A DNA stretch of 45,398 bases from a virus. Lineage: Duplodnaviria > Caudoviricetes. The notes beneath the pieces are model-generated. The model saw only the letters and a program-made list of their open reading frames with translations, made no database searches and was not told where the DNA came from. The stretch spans positions 1 through 45,398 of IMG/VR virus record IMGVR_UViG_3300020045_001946; one strand, written 5' to 3'. The translations under genes were made by a program, and so were the position numbers. Numbering within the stretch: position 1 is the stretch's first letter; every line of letters begins with the position of its first letter. Below, piece by piece: positions 23,522 to 34,400 of this stretch.

Positions 23522-25624
23522 ATGAATGAACCAAAACTTAACAAGTCTTTAGCATTTCTAAAGACTAAGAAGAAGGAAATGAAGGAAAACAAGTATCGAA
23601 AGGAATTTGATACCTTGTGTGATGAAATTAACGACAATCTTATTAATACTGGTGTAGTTAAACGTAAGGTAGATGAATCTACCCGTACTATGGTTATGTG
23701 GCCTACCGTTCGTGGTGATGGTGCTACTGACTGGGCTGTATTCCCTAGAATCTCAGGAACTGAACAAGAAGTATCTAATGCTCCTCGTAGTGCTGAACCT
23801 ATTGCTTTCTCTAAGATATTAGTTGCAGCATCTGCTATCGCAGCTAATGTTCCAGATGGTGATACTTACTCTACTAATAAACTAAAAGCTAGAGCTTACA
23901 AAGAACTATGGAAGCGTTCATGGGCTGTACCTGAAATGAATGGTCAAGCTACTCTACAATCTTGTGTACAAGACAAGTTTACATACGGATGGGATGCTTG
24001 GAGAATTTACCCTAAGCAAGACGTAGTTGAGAAAACAATAAACGGTAAGAAAACCAAGAAGATTGTATTTGATGATGTATTTCGTGAGCCACTAGACCCT
24101 AGACGTACATGGTTAGGACTTAGTTATAAACCTACTCATAATATGAATCGCCCAGAGGTGTTGTATGAGATTGATATTACTAAAGAAGAATACGAAAGAC
24201 TAAAGAAACGTAACGGTAAGCGTAGTAAGCTATCAGCAGGTGTATCAGAAGAAGCCCAGAAAGAAGACTCTCGTAAGTCATCAACTCACGTTACTTTAAG
24301 TTTCTATGAACACCCAGCAGACAATCGTTATATGATTGCGTCTGATTCTATTTGTTTCTATGATGGTGAAATGCCTAATGATGAGGTATATGGTAGTGTT
24401 GTTGTGGGTCATTGTTTCATTGGTAACTCCAAGAATCCATACACAGTTGGATTGTATGAAATGATGCGTGGTAATGCTGCTATCTATAACTATATTAACT
24501 CTATTAACGCTGAACAAGTAGTTGCTGAAATAGAACCATTGTTATTTGCATCAGGTATCACAGGACAAGGCGATTTAACTTATAAGCGTGGAGCTAATAA
24601 AATCAACTCACTTCCAGCAGGAGCTAAGATTGATAAGATGAATACCACTGGTAACGTAACACTAGGTATTAATTATGCAGATGCCCAAAAAAGAGACATT
24701 GAAGAGAATACTGGCGTTAACAATATTGTATCTGGAAGCTCTAGTGAGACGACTCTTGGAGCTACTGTTATCTTAAAAGAAGCAGCTCTTAATCGTTTGA
24801 TTATTCCTCGTAACTCTCTTAAGCAAATGCTTGAGAATGATGCGTGTATATTCTTCTCGTGGTTGGAACAAGACCAAGTTAACCCTCGTGAGTTTATCTT
24901 CTCTAATGAAGAAGACGTACAAGCTTTCGTTCAAGCTAACCCAGGATATCATCACGAAGAAGGTGTTAATGAAATACCAGATGGAGACGACCTAGACTCA
25001 GTAGGTGTACCTATGTACTCTGTTATGTCATCACAACGTGTTCCAGTAACATTTGATGTAGACAATGAAGACGAAGAGAAACTACAAGAATACGGAGGAC
25101 CTAGTGTTAACATCTCTAAGTCAGCATTGCTATCATCTGTATATGCTACAGAAACCCCAGATAAGAAAGGATATGATAAGGTGTTACTTAAGATTGACCC
25201 GAACTCAATGTTGCTACCGTCTGCTGAAATCCAGAAGCAAACAGCTATGCAGTTATTCCCATTAATCCAGAACTCAGTTAAATTAATATTTGATTTAGCT
25301 AAGTCAGACCCTATTCAATCTGTAGTCCAGCTAAAGACACTAGAAGCTTTCATGGAAGTACAGAAGCTTAATATCTTCAACTACATACCTAAGCAACAGT
25401 ATGATGCAGTTATGCAAGGTGCTATGGTTAAACCTTTCATGGTAGGACCAGATGGACAACCAATCCAAGGTGGTGCTATGCCTACAGGTGGACAGATGCC
25501 ACAAGGAGGTATTCTATCAGACAACACTCCAGTAGGACAGCCACAAGCTCCACAAGAGATGGGTAAGAATCAATCTCCAATGAACGCTGCAGTTTCAGCA
25601 AGTGTAGGGAGGGCAGCTGCCTAA
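23522..25624 (+). CDS. Portal protein (P22/podovirus-like)
   Basis: 700 aa right after terL; IEENTGVN...TTLG..ILKEAA pattern; Q/P/M-rich tail. Confidence 0.85.
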   Translation: MNEPKLNKSLAFLKTKKKEMKENKYRKEFDTLCDEINDNLINTGVVKRKVDESTRTMVMWPTVRGDGATDWAVFPRISGTEQEVSNAPRSAEPIAFSKILVAASAIAANVPDGDTYSTNKLKARAYKELWKRSWAVPEMNGQATLQSCVQDKFTYGWDAWRIYPKQDVVEKTINGKKTKKIVFDDVFREPLDPRRTWLGLSYKPTHNMNRPEVLYEIDITKEEYERLKKRNGKRSKLSAGVSEEAQKEDSRKSSTHVTLSFYEHPADNRYMIASDSICFYDGEMPNDEVYGSVVVGHCFIGNSKNPYTVGLYEMMRGNAAIYNYINSINAEQVVAEIEPLLFASGITGQGDLTYKRGANKINSLPAGAKIDKMNTTGNVTLGINYADAQKRDIEENTGVNNIVSGSSSETTLGATVILKEAALNRLIIPRNSLKQMLENDACIFFSWLEQDQVNPREFIFSNEEDVQAFVQANPGYHHEEGVNEIPDGDDLDSVGVPMYSVMSSQRVPVTFDVDNEDEEKLQEYGGPSVNISKSALLSSVYATETPDKKGYDKVLLKIDPNSMLLPSAEIQKQTAMQLFPLIQNSVKLIFDLAKSDPIQSVVQLKTLEAFMEVQKLNIFNYIPKQQYDAVMQGAMVKPFMVGPDGQPIQGGAMPTGGQMPQGGILSDNTPVGQPQAPQEMGKNQSPMNAAVSASVGRAAA

Positions 25625-25696
25625 CATCTCGCCCAGAGACAGGGGCATTAGAATACTGTTCGTTAAAATTTACTCGAAACTAATCACGATACGATT

Positions 25697-25945
25697 ATGC
25701 AAAATCCTCTCGAACAGCACGAAGTTGCTATTAAAGAAATATTTACATTAGAAAGACTGCCAGCTATTATTGCTGTTATTAACTCTCTAAGACCACCGTA
25801 TGGTAACTGGATTAAAGAATCCGAATACCTTACGGTTGTTTGTGCTGCACAGACAGAAGCTATTGACAATCTACAAAGAGACTTAACTAACTTTGTTGTA
25901 AACCACGGACAGCTACCAACATTACCAGTAACCTCAACAAACTAA
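25697..25945 (+). CDS. Hypothetical protein
   Basis: ORF in head module. Confidence 0.7.
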   Translation: MQNPLEQHEVAIKEIFTLERLPAIIAVINSLRPPYGNWIKESEYLTVVCAAQTEAIDNLQRDLTNFVVNHGQLPTLPVTSTN

Positions 25946-25946
25946 T

Positions 25947-26477
25947 ATGGCCAAGATACTAAAACGACTACGTAAAGACCAAGGATATGTCTTTGAAACA
26001 GACAAAGTAAAGATAGAGACAAAGTTTGATGACGAAGCTGTTAGTAAAGAATTAATTAGATTTACCCAAAAATCGGAAAAACCGATTATCTTCTCAGCAG
26101 GAGAAATGCTAGATATGATTCGTGAACAATTCCGTGAACGTAAACTAGCAGCATCTCTTACTACAGCAGATACTACATTTATTCCTACAGCAGAAGCAGC
26201 AGTTCCAATTAACTTTCATGCTAGTAAGGATATTAAACAAGGTGAGTTAGTTAGTTTCTTCGCACCAATGCAGATTCCGTTGGGTATAGCATTAGTGATG
26301 GAAGCTAATCGTTTGTGTGAGATTAAAGGTAAGGAGATATTAAAGATTCCAGTAGAAGAGTTTGAAGAAGCTAAGACAACTCTCTACGAAGAATCTAAAG
26401 AGTTTGTGGAGAAGTTCTTTAAACCACAATTAGAAGATTTAAAAAAACAACGTGAGGAGCTAGGATTAACATCTTAG
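25947..26477 (+). CDS. Hypothetical protein
   Basis: ORF in head module. Confidence 0.75.
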   Translation: MAKILKRLRKDQGYVFETDKVKIETKFDDEAVSKELIRFTQKSEKPIIFSAGEMLDMIREQFRERKLAASLTTADTTFIPTAEAAVPINFHASKDIKQGELVSFFAPMQIPLGIALVMEANRLCEIKGKEILKIPVEEFEEAKTTLYEESKEFVEKFFKPQLEDLKKQREELGLTS

Positions 26478-26497
26478 CATTAATTAATAATAAATAT

Positions 26498-26740
26498 ATG
26501 TTCAAAAAAATAAATAAAATGTACGTTACTTTGTTTGGAGATAATAATTCTAATAATATCTCATGCTATCCATCAACTAATTCAAATAGACCATTAACGG
26601 AAGTTGTAAGTAACTTAGAATATACAACTAAAGAACAGACTAAGATTATCGAAGCTCTTATGGACCATATGTCTGTACACGCTGAATGGAATCATTCTGT
26701 ATTAGGAGAAGGTAAAATTATAATTAAGAAAAATAAATAA
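26498..26740 (+). CDS. Hypothetical protein
   Basis: ORF in head module. Confidence 0.65.
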   Translation: MFKKINKMYVTLFGDNNSNNISCYPSTNSNRPLTEVVSNLEYTTKEQTKIIEALMDHMSVHAEWNHSVLGEGKIIIKKNK

Positions 26741-26758
26741 TAAAAATCTAGTAAAACT

Positions 26759-27313
26759 ATGAAAAAAGATATTAAAGAAGTAATCGCAGAAGAAGTGCCA
26801 ACAGTAAAAGAATACGACGGTTATGAAGACCTCGTAGAACCACATATTGACGGTACATATAAGACAACTCGTGTGAAGTTGTATCTATCAGACTCAGAGG
26901 TTAAGAAACTCCTAGGAGACATCGACCCTAGTAAGTATTTCCGTTTAGGTAAGATTCCTAATCATATTCCTAAGAGTCTTGGTACATTACTTCCAGATGA
27001 CCGTATGGAAACTATCGTTAAGAATGATGTGTTTAGTCAGTTCCCAGATGTACTTATGTTCAAGCATGACCTTAGTAACATCTACACACTACTCATTCCT
27101 AAAGTAATCTCTGACTTTGAATTAAACAAAGACGGAGACTACACAGACCGTTTAGTACAGTTTGACACAAGAAGTATTGCTTTCAATGGTGGTAACGGTC
27201 GACCAACATCATTTGAAGCTGATTACTTTAAGAAAACGTGTAACGGTAACACCAAGTCTACAGGTATTCTTACTCTACTCAAGAACCGTGCAGAAGCAAG
27301 AAAGACCTACTAG
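26759..27313 (+). CDS. Hypothetical protein
   Basis: ORF in head module. Confidence 0.75.
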   Translation: MKKDIKEVIAEEVPTVKEYDGYEDLVEPHIDGTYKTTRVKLYLSDSEVKKLLGDIDPSKYFRLGKIPNHIPKSLGTLLPDDRMETIVKNDVFSQFPDVLMFKHDLSNIYTLLIPKVISDFELNKDGDYTDRLVQFDTRSIAFNGGNGRPTSFEADYFKKTCNGNTKSTGILTLLKNRAEARKTY

Positions 27314-27316
27314 ACC

Positions 27317-27345
27317 TTGACAACTTTATAAATGTGTATTATAAT
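27317..27345 (+). promoter_or_regulatory. Consensus promoter of the scaffold-capsid operon
   Basis: TTGACA-17-TATAAT. Confidence 0.8.
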
Positions 27346-27383
27346 TCTGAATAAGACGTGCACCTCCACGATAAGAGCGTAGT

Positions 27384-28271
27384 ATGGAAAAAGACCAATT
27401 TGACGTTGAAGCTCTCAACTTTCCAGAGCTTACCAACGATACCCCTACAGGAAACGAACAAGCTGTTCCAACTCCTAGTGTGCCTGAAACTCCTGAAGTT
27501 AAGACCGAGGTTATACCAGAAGTAAAACCTGAAGTTAAGACCGAACCTGAAGTTAAACCTGAAGAAAAAACTGAAACAATCTCAGTCTCTAATCCTCCTT
27601 CAAGATATGAAAATGAATCTGATATTCAATTCAAGATTCGTACAGATATCTGGATGGTAGGACAAGCTAAAGCTCAAGCAGAAACTCCAGAGGAGAAATC
27701 AGAACTCGCGAAACACATTAAAGGATTACGACGTGAACTAGCTTTTAATCATAAGTCTGACACTGTACCAACAGCTCAGAAAATTGAAACCAGTCAGTCA
27801 TCAGTCCAAGAGACGAAGACCGAAGAAGAACTAGCTAAAGAAGCTTTACGTAATATGGGCTACTTGTCGAAAGATGAAGTAGAAGCTATGGTACAAAACC
27901 TAGTATCTACTACAAAGACACAAGATGACCATTTACAAGCTACTCAAGAGTTCTATTCAACTCATAAAGATATTGCTGCTAACCAAGCACAACGAGAAGT
28001 CCTAGAAAGATTCGTGGTAGAGAAATTTAATATAACTCCACAATCAACCAAACAAGACCTATTAGTTGCTATGGATATGGCACGTAGTTACCTTTTTCCT
28101 AAGACAGATACCAGAGCACAACGTGCTGCTGAATCTGCTGACAAAAGAGATTTAGTCTCTTTCTCCTCAAATACTCAATCTGTTCCAGTAGTAGATAAAG
28201 CCGATGAATTAACTGCTAACGCACTTAAAGGCATGGGTAAATCTATGAAGGACATGGGTTGGGATGATTAG
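27384..28271 (+). CDS. Putative capsid scaffolding protein
   Basis: Acidic P/E/T-rich N-terminus with PEVK repeats, helical body, position before capsid genes. Confidence 0.7.
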   Translation: MEKDQFDVEALNFPELTNDTPTGNEQAVPTPSVPETPEVKTEVIPEVKPEVKTEPEVKPEEKTETISVSNPPSRYENESDIQFKIRTDIWMVGQAKAQAETPEEKSELAKHIKGLRRELAFNHKSDTVPTAQKIETSQSSVQETKTEEELAKEALRNMGYLSKDEVEAMVQNLVSTTKTQDDHLQATQEFYSTHKDIAANQAQREVLERFVVEKFNITPQSTKQDLLVAMDMARSYLFPKTDTRAQRAAESADKRDLVSFSSNTQSVPVVDKADELTANALKGMGKSMKDMGWDD

Positions 28272-28309
28272 ATTACTAGAGTGGTTTTAATACCACATTA
28301 ATTAACATT

Positions 28310-28723
28310 ATGGCTTTTAAATTAATAACACCAAAAAACACACGTGATTTGCGTCAAGTTAAAAGAGCAGGTTCTATTGCAACAACAGTAGATGCTCTTT
28401 ACTTCAACTCAATCACCACTGGTTCAATCCAGCTTGCTGTAGCAGCTACAACTGCTAATCAAGTGCTTTACAAGGCAAACGAAACTACTACTGCAAGTAC
28501 AACTCCTTTCAGTGCTACTATCGTTTCTAAGGAAGATGAATTTATCGTAGACACAGAAAACAACTCAAACGCTGCTCATAACGGACAGAGAATGATTCTT
28601 GGTACAACTGGTCTAACACTTAATAACACTGGTACTGACGTTGCAGGAGTAACGGGAGTATTCGTACAGCTAGATGTAGTCGGAGCAGCTGCTGATAAGA
28701 AAATAATTGCTCGCAGAGTATAA
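28310..28723 (+). CDS. Putative capsid decoration/cement protein
   Basis: Small A/T/G-rich beta protein directly before the MCP gene. Confidence 0.6.
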   Translation: MAFKLITPKNTRDLRQVKRAGSIATTVDALYFNSITTGSIQLAVAATTANQVLYKANETTTASTTPFSATIVSKEDEFIVDTENNSNAAHNGQRMILGTTGLTLNNTGTDVAGVTGVFVQLDVVGAAADKKIIARRV

Positions 28724-28729
28724 TAATAT

Positions 28730-29749
28730 ATGTCAACAACAGCTTCATATTCAACAATCCTTGACGCACGTGTCAAGAAAATCGTTCCTTTGGTAGCTCC
28801 ATCAGTTGAGACAGAATACACTAAGTATTCTAACTCAGTTACATGGAAGCAACTCCAATACGTAATGACAGGAGTAACAGGACTCTCTATGGGTCAGGTT
28901 ATCGCTGATGGACAAGTTCCAGCTAGTGATGCTCCTATCCAAGGAAACACAAAGACTTTCACTCAAGCTATCTTCACTAACCGTGTACGCTTGACAAAGC
29001 AGTCTTACTACTACCTCTTCACATCAGGTGATGGTAAGAAGATTGACTCAAACATCAAGAATCAAATTCTTGACCTCAAGAACTCAATCGAACATTTGAA
29101 GAACTACTACGCACAGGCTATCCTTGCTAATGGTGCTTCAACAAGTTTCTCATTCACTCCAATCGGAGCTTTCCAAGGTACTATCACTGTAGATACAACT
29201 ACAGCTGACTCAGTAGCTCTATGGTCTGCTTCTCACACTCGTGAAGATGGAGGTGCAAACTGGTCAAACACTACAACTGGTGTATTCAGTTTTGCAAACC
29301 TTCTTGCTATGCGTTCTCTACAGGCTCTAAAGAAAGATGCTCGTGGTCTTCCACTTATGTCTACTTTGGATACTTTCATGTTCCGTGACCAATCAACTGC
29401 TTTCTTCCTTGCACAGTCAATCAAGAAAACTCTTGAATCTGGTAAGTACCCTGGAGCTACTCCTGGTACAACTGGTTCATTCGTTGATGGAAACCCAACT
29501 GGTTCATTTGCAATCATTGGATTGTTCCCTTACGAAAACCTTGGAACATCAGCAGTTCAGTGGTTTGGTTTCGATTCAAAGATGGTAAACGACAAGTTCG
29601 GATTCCAGTACATTGAATCAATGCCACTTGATATCTCTGACCTCAAGGAAGATTACGTTGGTAACATGGACCTCATCATGACTGCTACAGTTTACTGTCA
29701 GTTCGGTGCGTTCGACCTACGTGGTTGGTACTACTCAACAGGTGCATAA
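28730..29749 (+). CDS. Major capsid protein
   Basis: 339 aa, high-expression codon usage, D.VALWSASH and D.RG.Y.STGA motifs, followed by a hairpin. Confidence 0.85.
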   Translation: MSTTASYSTILDARVKKIVPLVAPSVETEYTKYSNSVTWKQLQYVMTGVTGLSMGQVIADGQVPASDAPIQGNTKTFTQAIFTNRVRLTKQSYYYLFTSGDGKKIDSNIKNQILDLKNSIEHLKNYYAQAILANGASTSFSFTPIGAFQGTITVDTTTADSVALWSASHTREDGGANWSNTTTGVFSFANLLAMRSLQALKKDARGLPLMSTLDTFMFRDQSTAFFLAQSIKKTLESGKYPGATPGTTGSFVDGNPTGSFAIIGLFPYENLGTSAVQWFGFDSKMVNDKFGFQYIESMPLDISDLKEDYVGNMDLIMTATVYCQFGAFDLRGWYYSTGA

Positions 29750-29761
29750 TCTGTTAGTGGA

Positions 29762-29792
29762 CTCGCTCAGCCCCTATTGGGGTTGGCACGAG
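29762..29792 (+). terminator. Stable hairpin after the MCP gene (terminator or mRNA stabiliser)
   Basis: CTCG..CAGCCCC-TATT-GGGGTTG..CGAG. Confidence 0.55.
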
Positions 29793-29819
29793 CACATTAG
29801 CTCAATTTAAATTTAAAAT

Positions 29820-30221
29820 ATGAGTACACTTACAAAAACATTAATGTCAGCTCAGGCTGCAACAGGTGTCGGAACATACGAACTTGTTGAAAACTATAAA
29901 ACAGTCAATCTTACAGTATCTGGTGCTAGTACACCTACTGGTACTATTAAAATTGCAATCTCTGACTCAGAAACTGCTCCAGACTTCTCAGCAGCAGCAA
30001 CAGCAGCTAACCCTTGGGTATACGCAGCAATCGTAGACGTTCAATCAGGTTCAGTTATCGCAGGTAACACAGGTGTAGCCTTTACAGGTACAGCGGGTAC
30101 AAACATGTATTCTGTTAACGTAGATGGAATGAGATGGGTATGTCCTAACGTAACAGCATATACAGCAGGTAACTATACAGTATTAATGAGAGCACATCCA
30201 GTGTTCACACCAATCGCTTAA
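29820..30221 (+). CDS. Small beta-rich virion protein (cassette 1)
   Basis: 133 aa, A/T/G/V rich. Confidence 0.65.
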   Translation: MSTLTKTLMSAQAATGVGTYELVENYKTVNLTVSGASTPTGTIKIAISDSETAPDFSAAATAANPWVYAAIVDVQSGSVIAGNTGVAFTGTAGTNMYSVNVDGMRWVCPNVTAYTAGNYTVLMRAHPVFTPIA

Positions 30222-30222
30222 T

Positions 30223-31062
30223 ATGATTAAACTTGGAGTACAACACAAAGACCAAGTTAAAGTTGACTCACTAGCTAATACTATAAACAGTGCGAAGTTA
30301 GAGTTAGAATCAATTAACAAAGAGACAATACTAAAACAAAAAGAACTTAATGATGTTCTTAGTAGATTAGATTTTGCTATTCTAGACTTAGATAATCAAT
30401 TTAAGGATTTTGATAGTAAGGTAGAATTAAAGAACAATGAGTTAACTAAGTTAAACTCTGAGGTATTTAACCTTACCGCTATTAAATCAGAATTGATTGA
30501 TAAGCTTAATGAACTAGAGGAAACTATTGAGCTAGAGAAGTCTAGTATATCATCTAATATTAAGGAGTTTGAACAATCAGAATCTAAGAAACTAAAGGTT
30601 ATTACATCTGATGTAGCTAAACTAGAAGCAAAGAAATTAGAACTAGAAGACTACATTACAGTGCTGTCTATTGATTCACAGTCTAATATGATTGCATTAG
30701 ATGATTTAAAGAAAGAACTCTCAGGACTAGAAGAAGAGTTAGTAATCAAACGTAAAGAAGATAATATACTATCATCTAACCTTGACAGTTATTCAGATAA
30801 AGAATCATCATTATTGTCTAGTGTAAGTAATCTAACCGCTGATGTAAATAATCTTAATGAGATAATCAACTCTATCAATGTAGAGATTACCAAAGCCAAC
30901 GAAGTTAAGGATGTCTTAACTAAGGAAGTTGAAGCACTTAACATTGAGAAAGATGAATTTAACCGTGAGAAACTAGCATTCCAATCACAAAAGGAAATGA
31001 TTTTATTACGTGAACAATTCATAATGGATAAATACCTAACAGCAGGAGTACCTTATAAGTAA
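30223..31062 (+). CDS. Long coiled-coil protein (cassette 1)
   Basis: Heptad L/I/E/K pattern over about 250 aa. Confidence 0.75.
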   Translation: MIKLGVQHKDQVKVDSLANTINSAKLELESINKETILKQKELNDVLSRLDFAILDLDNQFKDFDSKVELKNNELTKLNSEVFNLTAIKSELIDKLNELEETIELEKSSISSNIKEFEQSESKKLKVITSDVAKLEAKKLELEDYITVLSIDSQSNMIALDDLKKELSGLEEELVIKRKEDNILSSNLDSYSDKESSLLSSVSNLTADVNNLNEIINSINVEITKANEVKDVLTKEVEALNIEKDEFNREKLAFQSQKEMILLREQFIMDKYLTAGVPYK

Positions 31063-31063
31063 T

Positions 31064-31471
31064 ATGAGTGATAGATTTAATGGTAGATTAAAAAATATTC
31101 TTGGACAGGACATTAATCCTGCAACAGAAGAAAATCAGTTATCAGCTAGTAACACCTCATCAGAAGAAGCTCTTTTGCTTCGTCGAATTGTTAAGCTAAT
31201 GGAGAGCAATGCTGTTGTAGACATAAACAAACGACAAAGAGTGAATGTAGAAGCTATTTCTGGTGCCTCACTGGGTACTGGTATTAGTGGTACAAATGCT
31301 GGTGCTGGTGTTCCTGTTCCAAACGCACCAACAGCAGGAGCACCAACAAATAGTTCTAATACTACTTACTGGCAAAATGTTTTTGTCGGACCAGTAGACC
31401 AGCGTTACCTTATCAAAGACCAAGCAAGAAATACTTATTCAAATAGCATCCGTAGTAAAATATCATTTTAA
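31064..31471 (+). CDS. Hypothetical virion protein
   Basis: 135 aa, INPATEE motif, precedes the large adhesin. Confidence 0.65.
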   Translation: MSDRFNGRLKNILGQDINPATEENQLSASNTSSEEALLLRRIVKLMESNAVVDINKRQRVNVEAISGASLGTGISGTNAGAGVPVPNAPTAGAPTNSSNTTYWQNVFVGPVDQRYLIKDQARNTYSNSIRSKISF

Positions 31472-31473
31472 AT

Positions 31474-34400
31474 ATGTCAGTAACTAATCTTTTAAAACAA
31501 CAAGTAGATATCCCAGTATGGGAATGGTGTAACTGGTCGCCACTTAACACTACCGCTATCTCATCTCTTACTACAGGAAACTCACTTGGTAATAGATATT
31601 TATACTATCAAGTATCTAGTGACTTATATCGTTATGACACTATAACTGACTCATGGAATAGACTCACAAACATGACAGGATTTACTACTCCTAGTATCAT
31701 GAACAATAACGTGCTTTCAAACTCTGTAGGACACCCAGGACAGGCTATTGGTCCAGGTACAGGTAATAATACAATGCAACTTGCAGGACTATCAGGTAAA
31801 GCTTTACTTGGATATAAGATTAGGATTACCAGTGGGAAAGGACAAGGACAAGAAAGAACTATCATTGGAGTATCAGAACCTACTATTCATGAAAGAGGAA
31901 CAGTAACCACAGGAGGTTCACAGTCTATTACTGATGCAAACACTGGAGCAGGACTTAAACAATGGAAGGCTAACGAATGGAGAAACTATCAGTTTAGAGC
32001 TACTTTTGGAACAGGTAGAACACAACTTAGACCTATTCTATGGAACTCTTCTAATGCACTTGTTTGGTCTGACCCTAACTACACCACAATAAATCCTTGG
32101 GCACAACCAACAATGAACATATCAATTGCAAGCACTACACAGTTTGTTATTGAAAGTCATATCATCACTGTAGATACTAACTGGACAACTAACCCAGACT
32201 CTACATCTACATTCATGGTTATGTCAGGTGGTATTTGGAATATTACACAAGGTACTACATCAGCACCTTTCTTTTCACTTTCTTACTACGATATTTTAGC
32301 AGACCAATGGTACGGCAAGACAACAAGTACAGGTCTTAGAACAGCTGTAAACCTAGCAGCATCAGACCTTTCAATGGAGAGACTTACAGAAAATGGTGGA
32401 GCTATAGTAGCAACGACAGCAGTAGCATCAGCTACAGCAAGAAGTGTAACTACAGCGTCTACAATGGTACAAGATGAGTATAAAAACTTTGAACTACGTA
32501 TTGTATCAGGTACTGGTATTGGACAGGCAAAAGAAATTACTTCTAATAACGTAAATACATTCTATGTTTCATCTGCTTGGGAGACTACACCAGATGCTAC
32601 TACTTCATACCAAGTATGGCGTGATGTTGGTAAGATTTTCCTAGTAGGAGGTAACTACGCTGACTTACTACAATACTCAACAGACCGTGACCAGTGGACA
32701 CCAGGTCGTATATTTGATGATGGACAAGCAAATAACTTGGCAGTAACACGTTCAGGACATAAACCTATTGCATTAAACTCTATAACTAGAACAGCAACAG
32801 GAATGAAATTACCCGGTACGATAACTACATCAGGAGCTAACTACCGAATAAATGATATTCTTTCTGTTACAGGTATCGGATCAACTCTTCGTGTAACTAA
32901 CGTAGATGCAACAGGAGGTGTTACTGGCACAGAATTACTAACTGTTGGAACAGGTGCAACAGTAGGGGCAAAGGCTACCACAGTATCACCAGCAGGAGGT
33001 GTTGGCTGTCAAATTACTCTTGCAGCAGGAGATATTGACTTTACAGAGCTCGCAGCAACACCATATCAACATAATCTAAAGAATGGTGATGTAGTTACAA
33101 TTTCAGGAGCTACAGGCACAGGAGCCGCTAAGTTCAATGGTACATACACAATTATTGGTACACCAAGTACAACATCATTCTCTTATTGTTCAGTTGGCGA
33201 CCCAGGAGCAGCAACAGCCACTATTCCATTTTCACAGTCAACTACATTACTCGTAGATTGTACGAAGAACTGGACTATAAATGAACATGTTGGTAAGTTA
33301 GTTCAAACATCGTCTAACGCTATCTTATCTACAGGACAGACAAGACGTATTGTATCTAATACTGCAACAACACTTACATTTGCTACAGCTACAGCACCAG
33401 TAAACGGAACATCACGATATATCATACATGACATAAAAGCATACGGTACTGGTATTAGTAACAACGGAAGAGTTGGTGGTGGTAGTTCAGGATTTGCAAC
33501 AGGAGGCTCAACAACTACCCTTATAGATACTACAAAGAACTGGGAAACGAACTCATGGGCTAAGATAGTAGGTAGAAAGCTAAGAATTACAGACGGTACA
33601 GGAGCAGGAGCAGAAATATCTATTATTTCAAACACCTCAACAACTCTTACATTCGCTACACAGTCATTCACAGTAGATACAACAACACGTTACGTTATTA
33701 TGGATGCCTTTGGTATGGTTTCAGGAGCAGGAGCAATCTCAACAATACCTACAGCACCTACAGTAGCAGGTACAGGATATGCAGTAGGAGACAGACTAGC
33801 AGTAACAGGAGGTACAGCAGTTATTCAGGTTATGGTTGCATCAGGTGGTATTCCATCAGTCCTTAGACTCATTGACGGTGGAACAGGAGGTTATACAGCA
33901 GTGGCTACCGCAACAACACCTATCACAGGAACGGGTACAGGTCTTACAGTTACACCAGTAATAACAGCAGTCGCATCTACAACAGTAATGCAGGACAATA
34001 CTAAGAACTGGGATGTAAACGCATGGGTAGGTAAGAGACTTCGTTTCCTATCTGGAACATCTCAAGGTAATGAGTACATAATCGTATCAAATACCTTTAA
34101 CACTATAACTACAGCCGCAGGTACAGCACCAGATGCTACTACTGCTTACGCTATCCTAGATGCTACACCTAAAGCGTTTGGTACTCATATAGATAATGTT
34201 ACAGGTTGTACAGATACTACCATTAACCATAAATATCTCTACTCATTTGTTGGAACAGGTACAGTTGAGATGGAACGTTACAATATTTCTACAGAACAAT
34301 GGGAGAAGATGTCATACTTCCCACAGTTTGAAACTACCACTACAGGTACTATGTACGTGTATGATGGTAAAGACAGAATCTATATAAACCTATCTGGTAA

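Noticed and set aside
25625-25696. Hammerhead-like element after the portal gene (CTGTTCG...CGAAAC)
   Set aside because: The core deviates from CUGANGA and the stems are weak
27490-27565. Short DNA repeats CCTGAAGTTAAGACCGA
   Set aside because: Explained by PEVKTE peptide repeats in the scaffold linker
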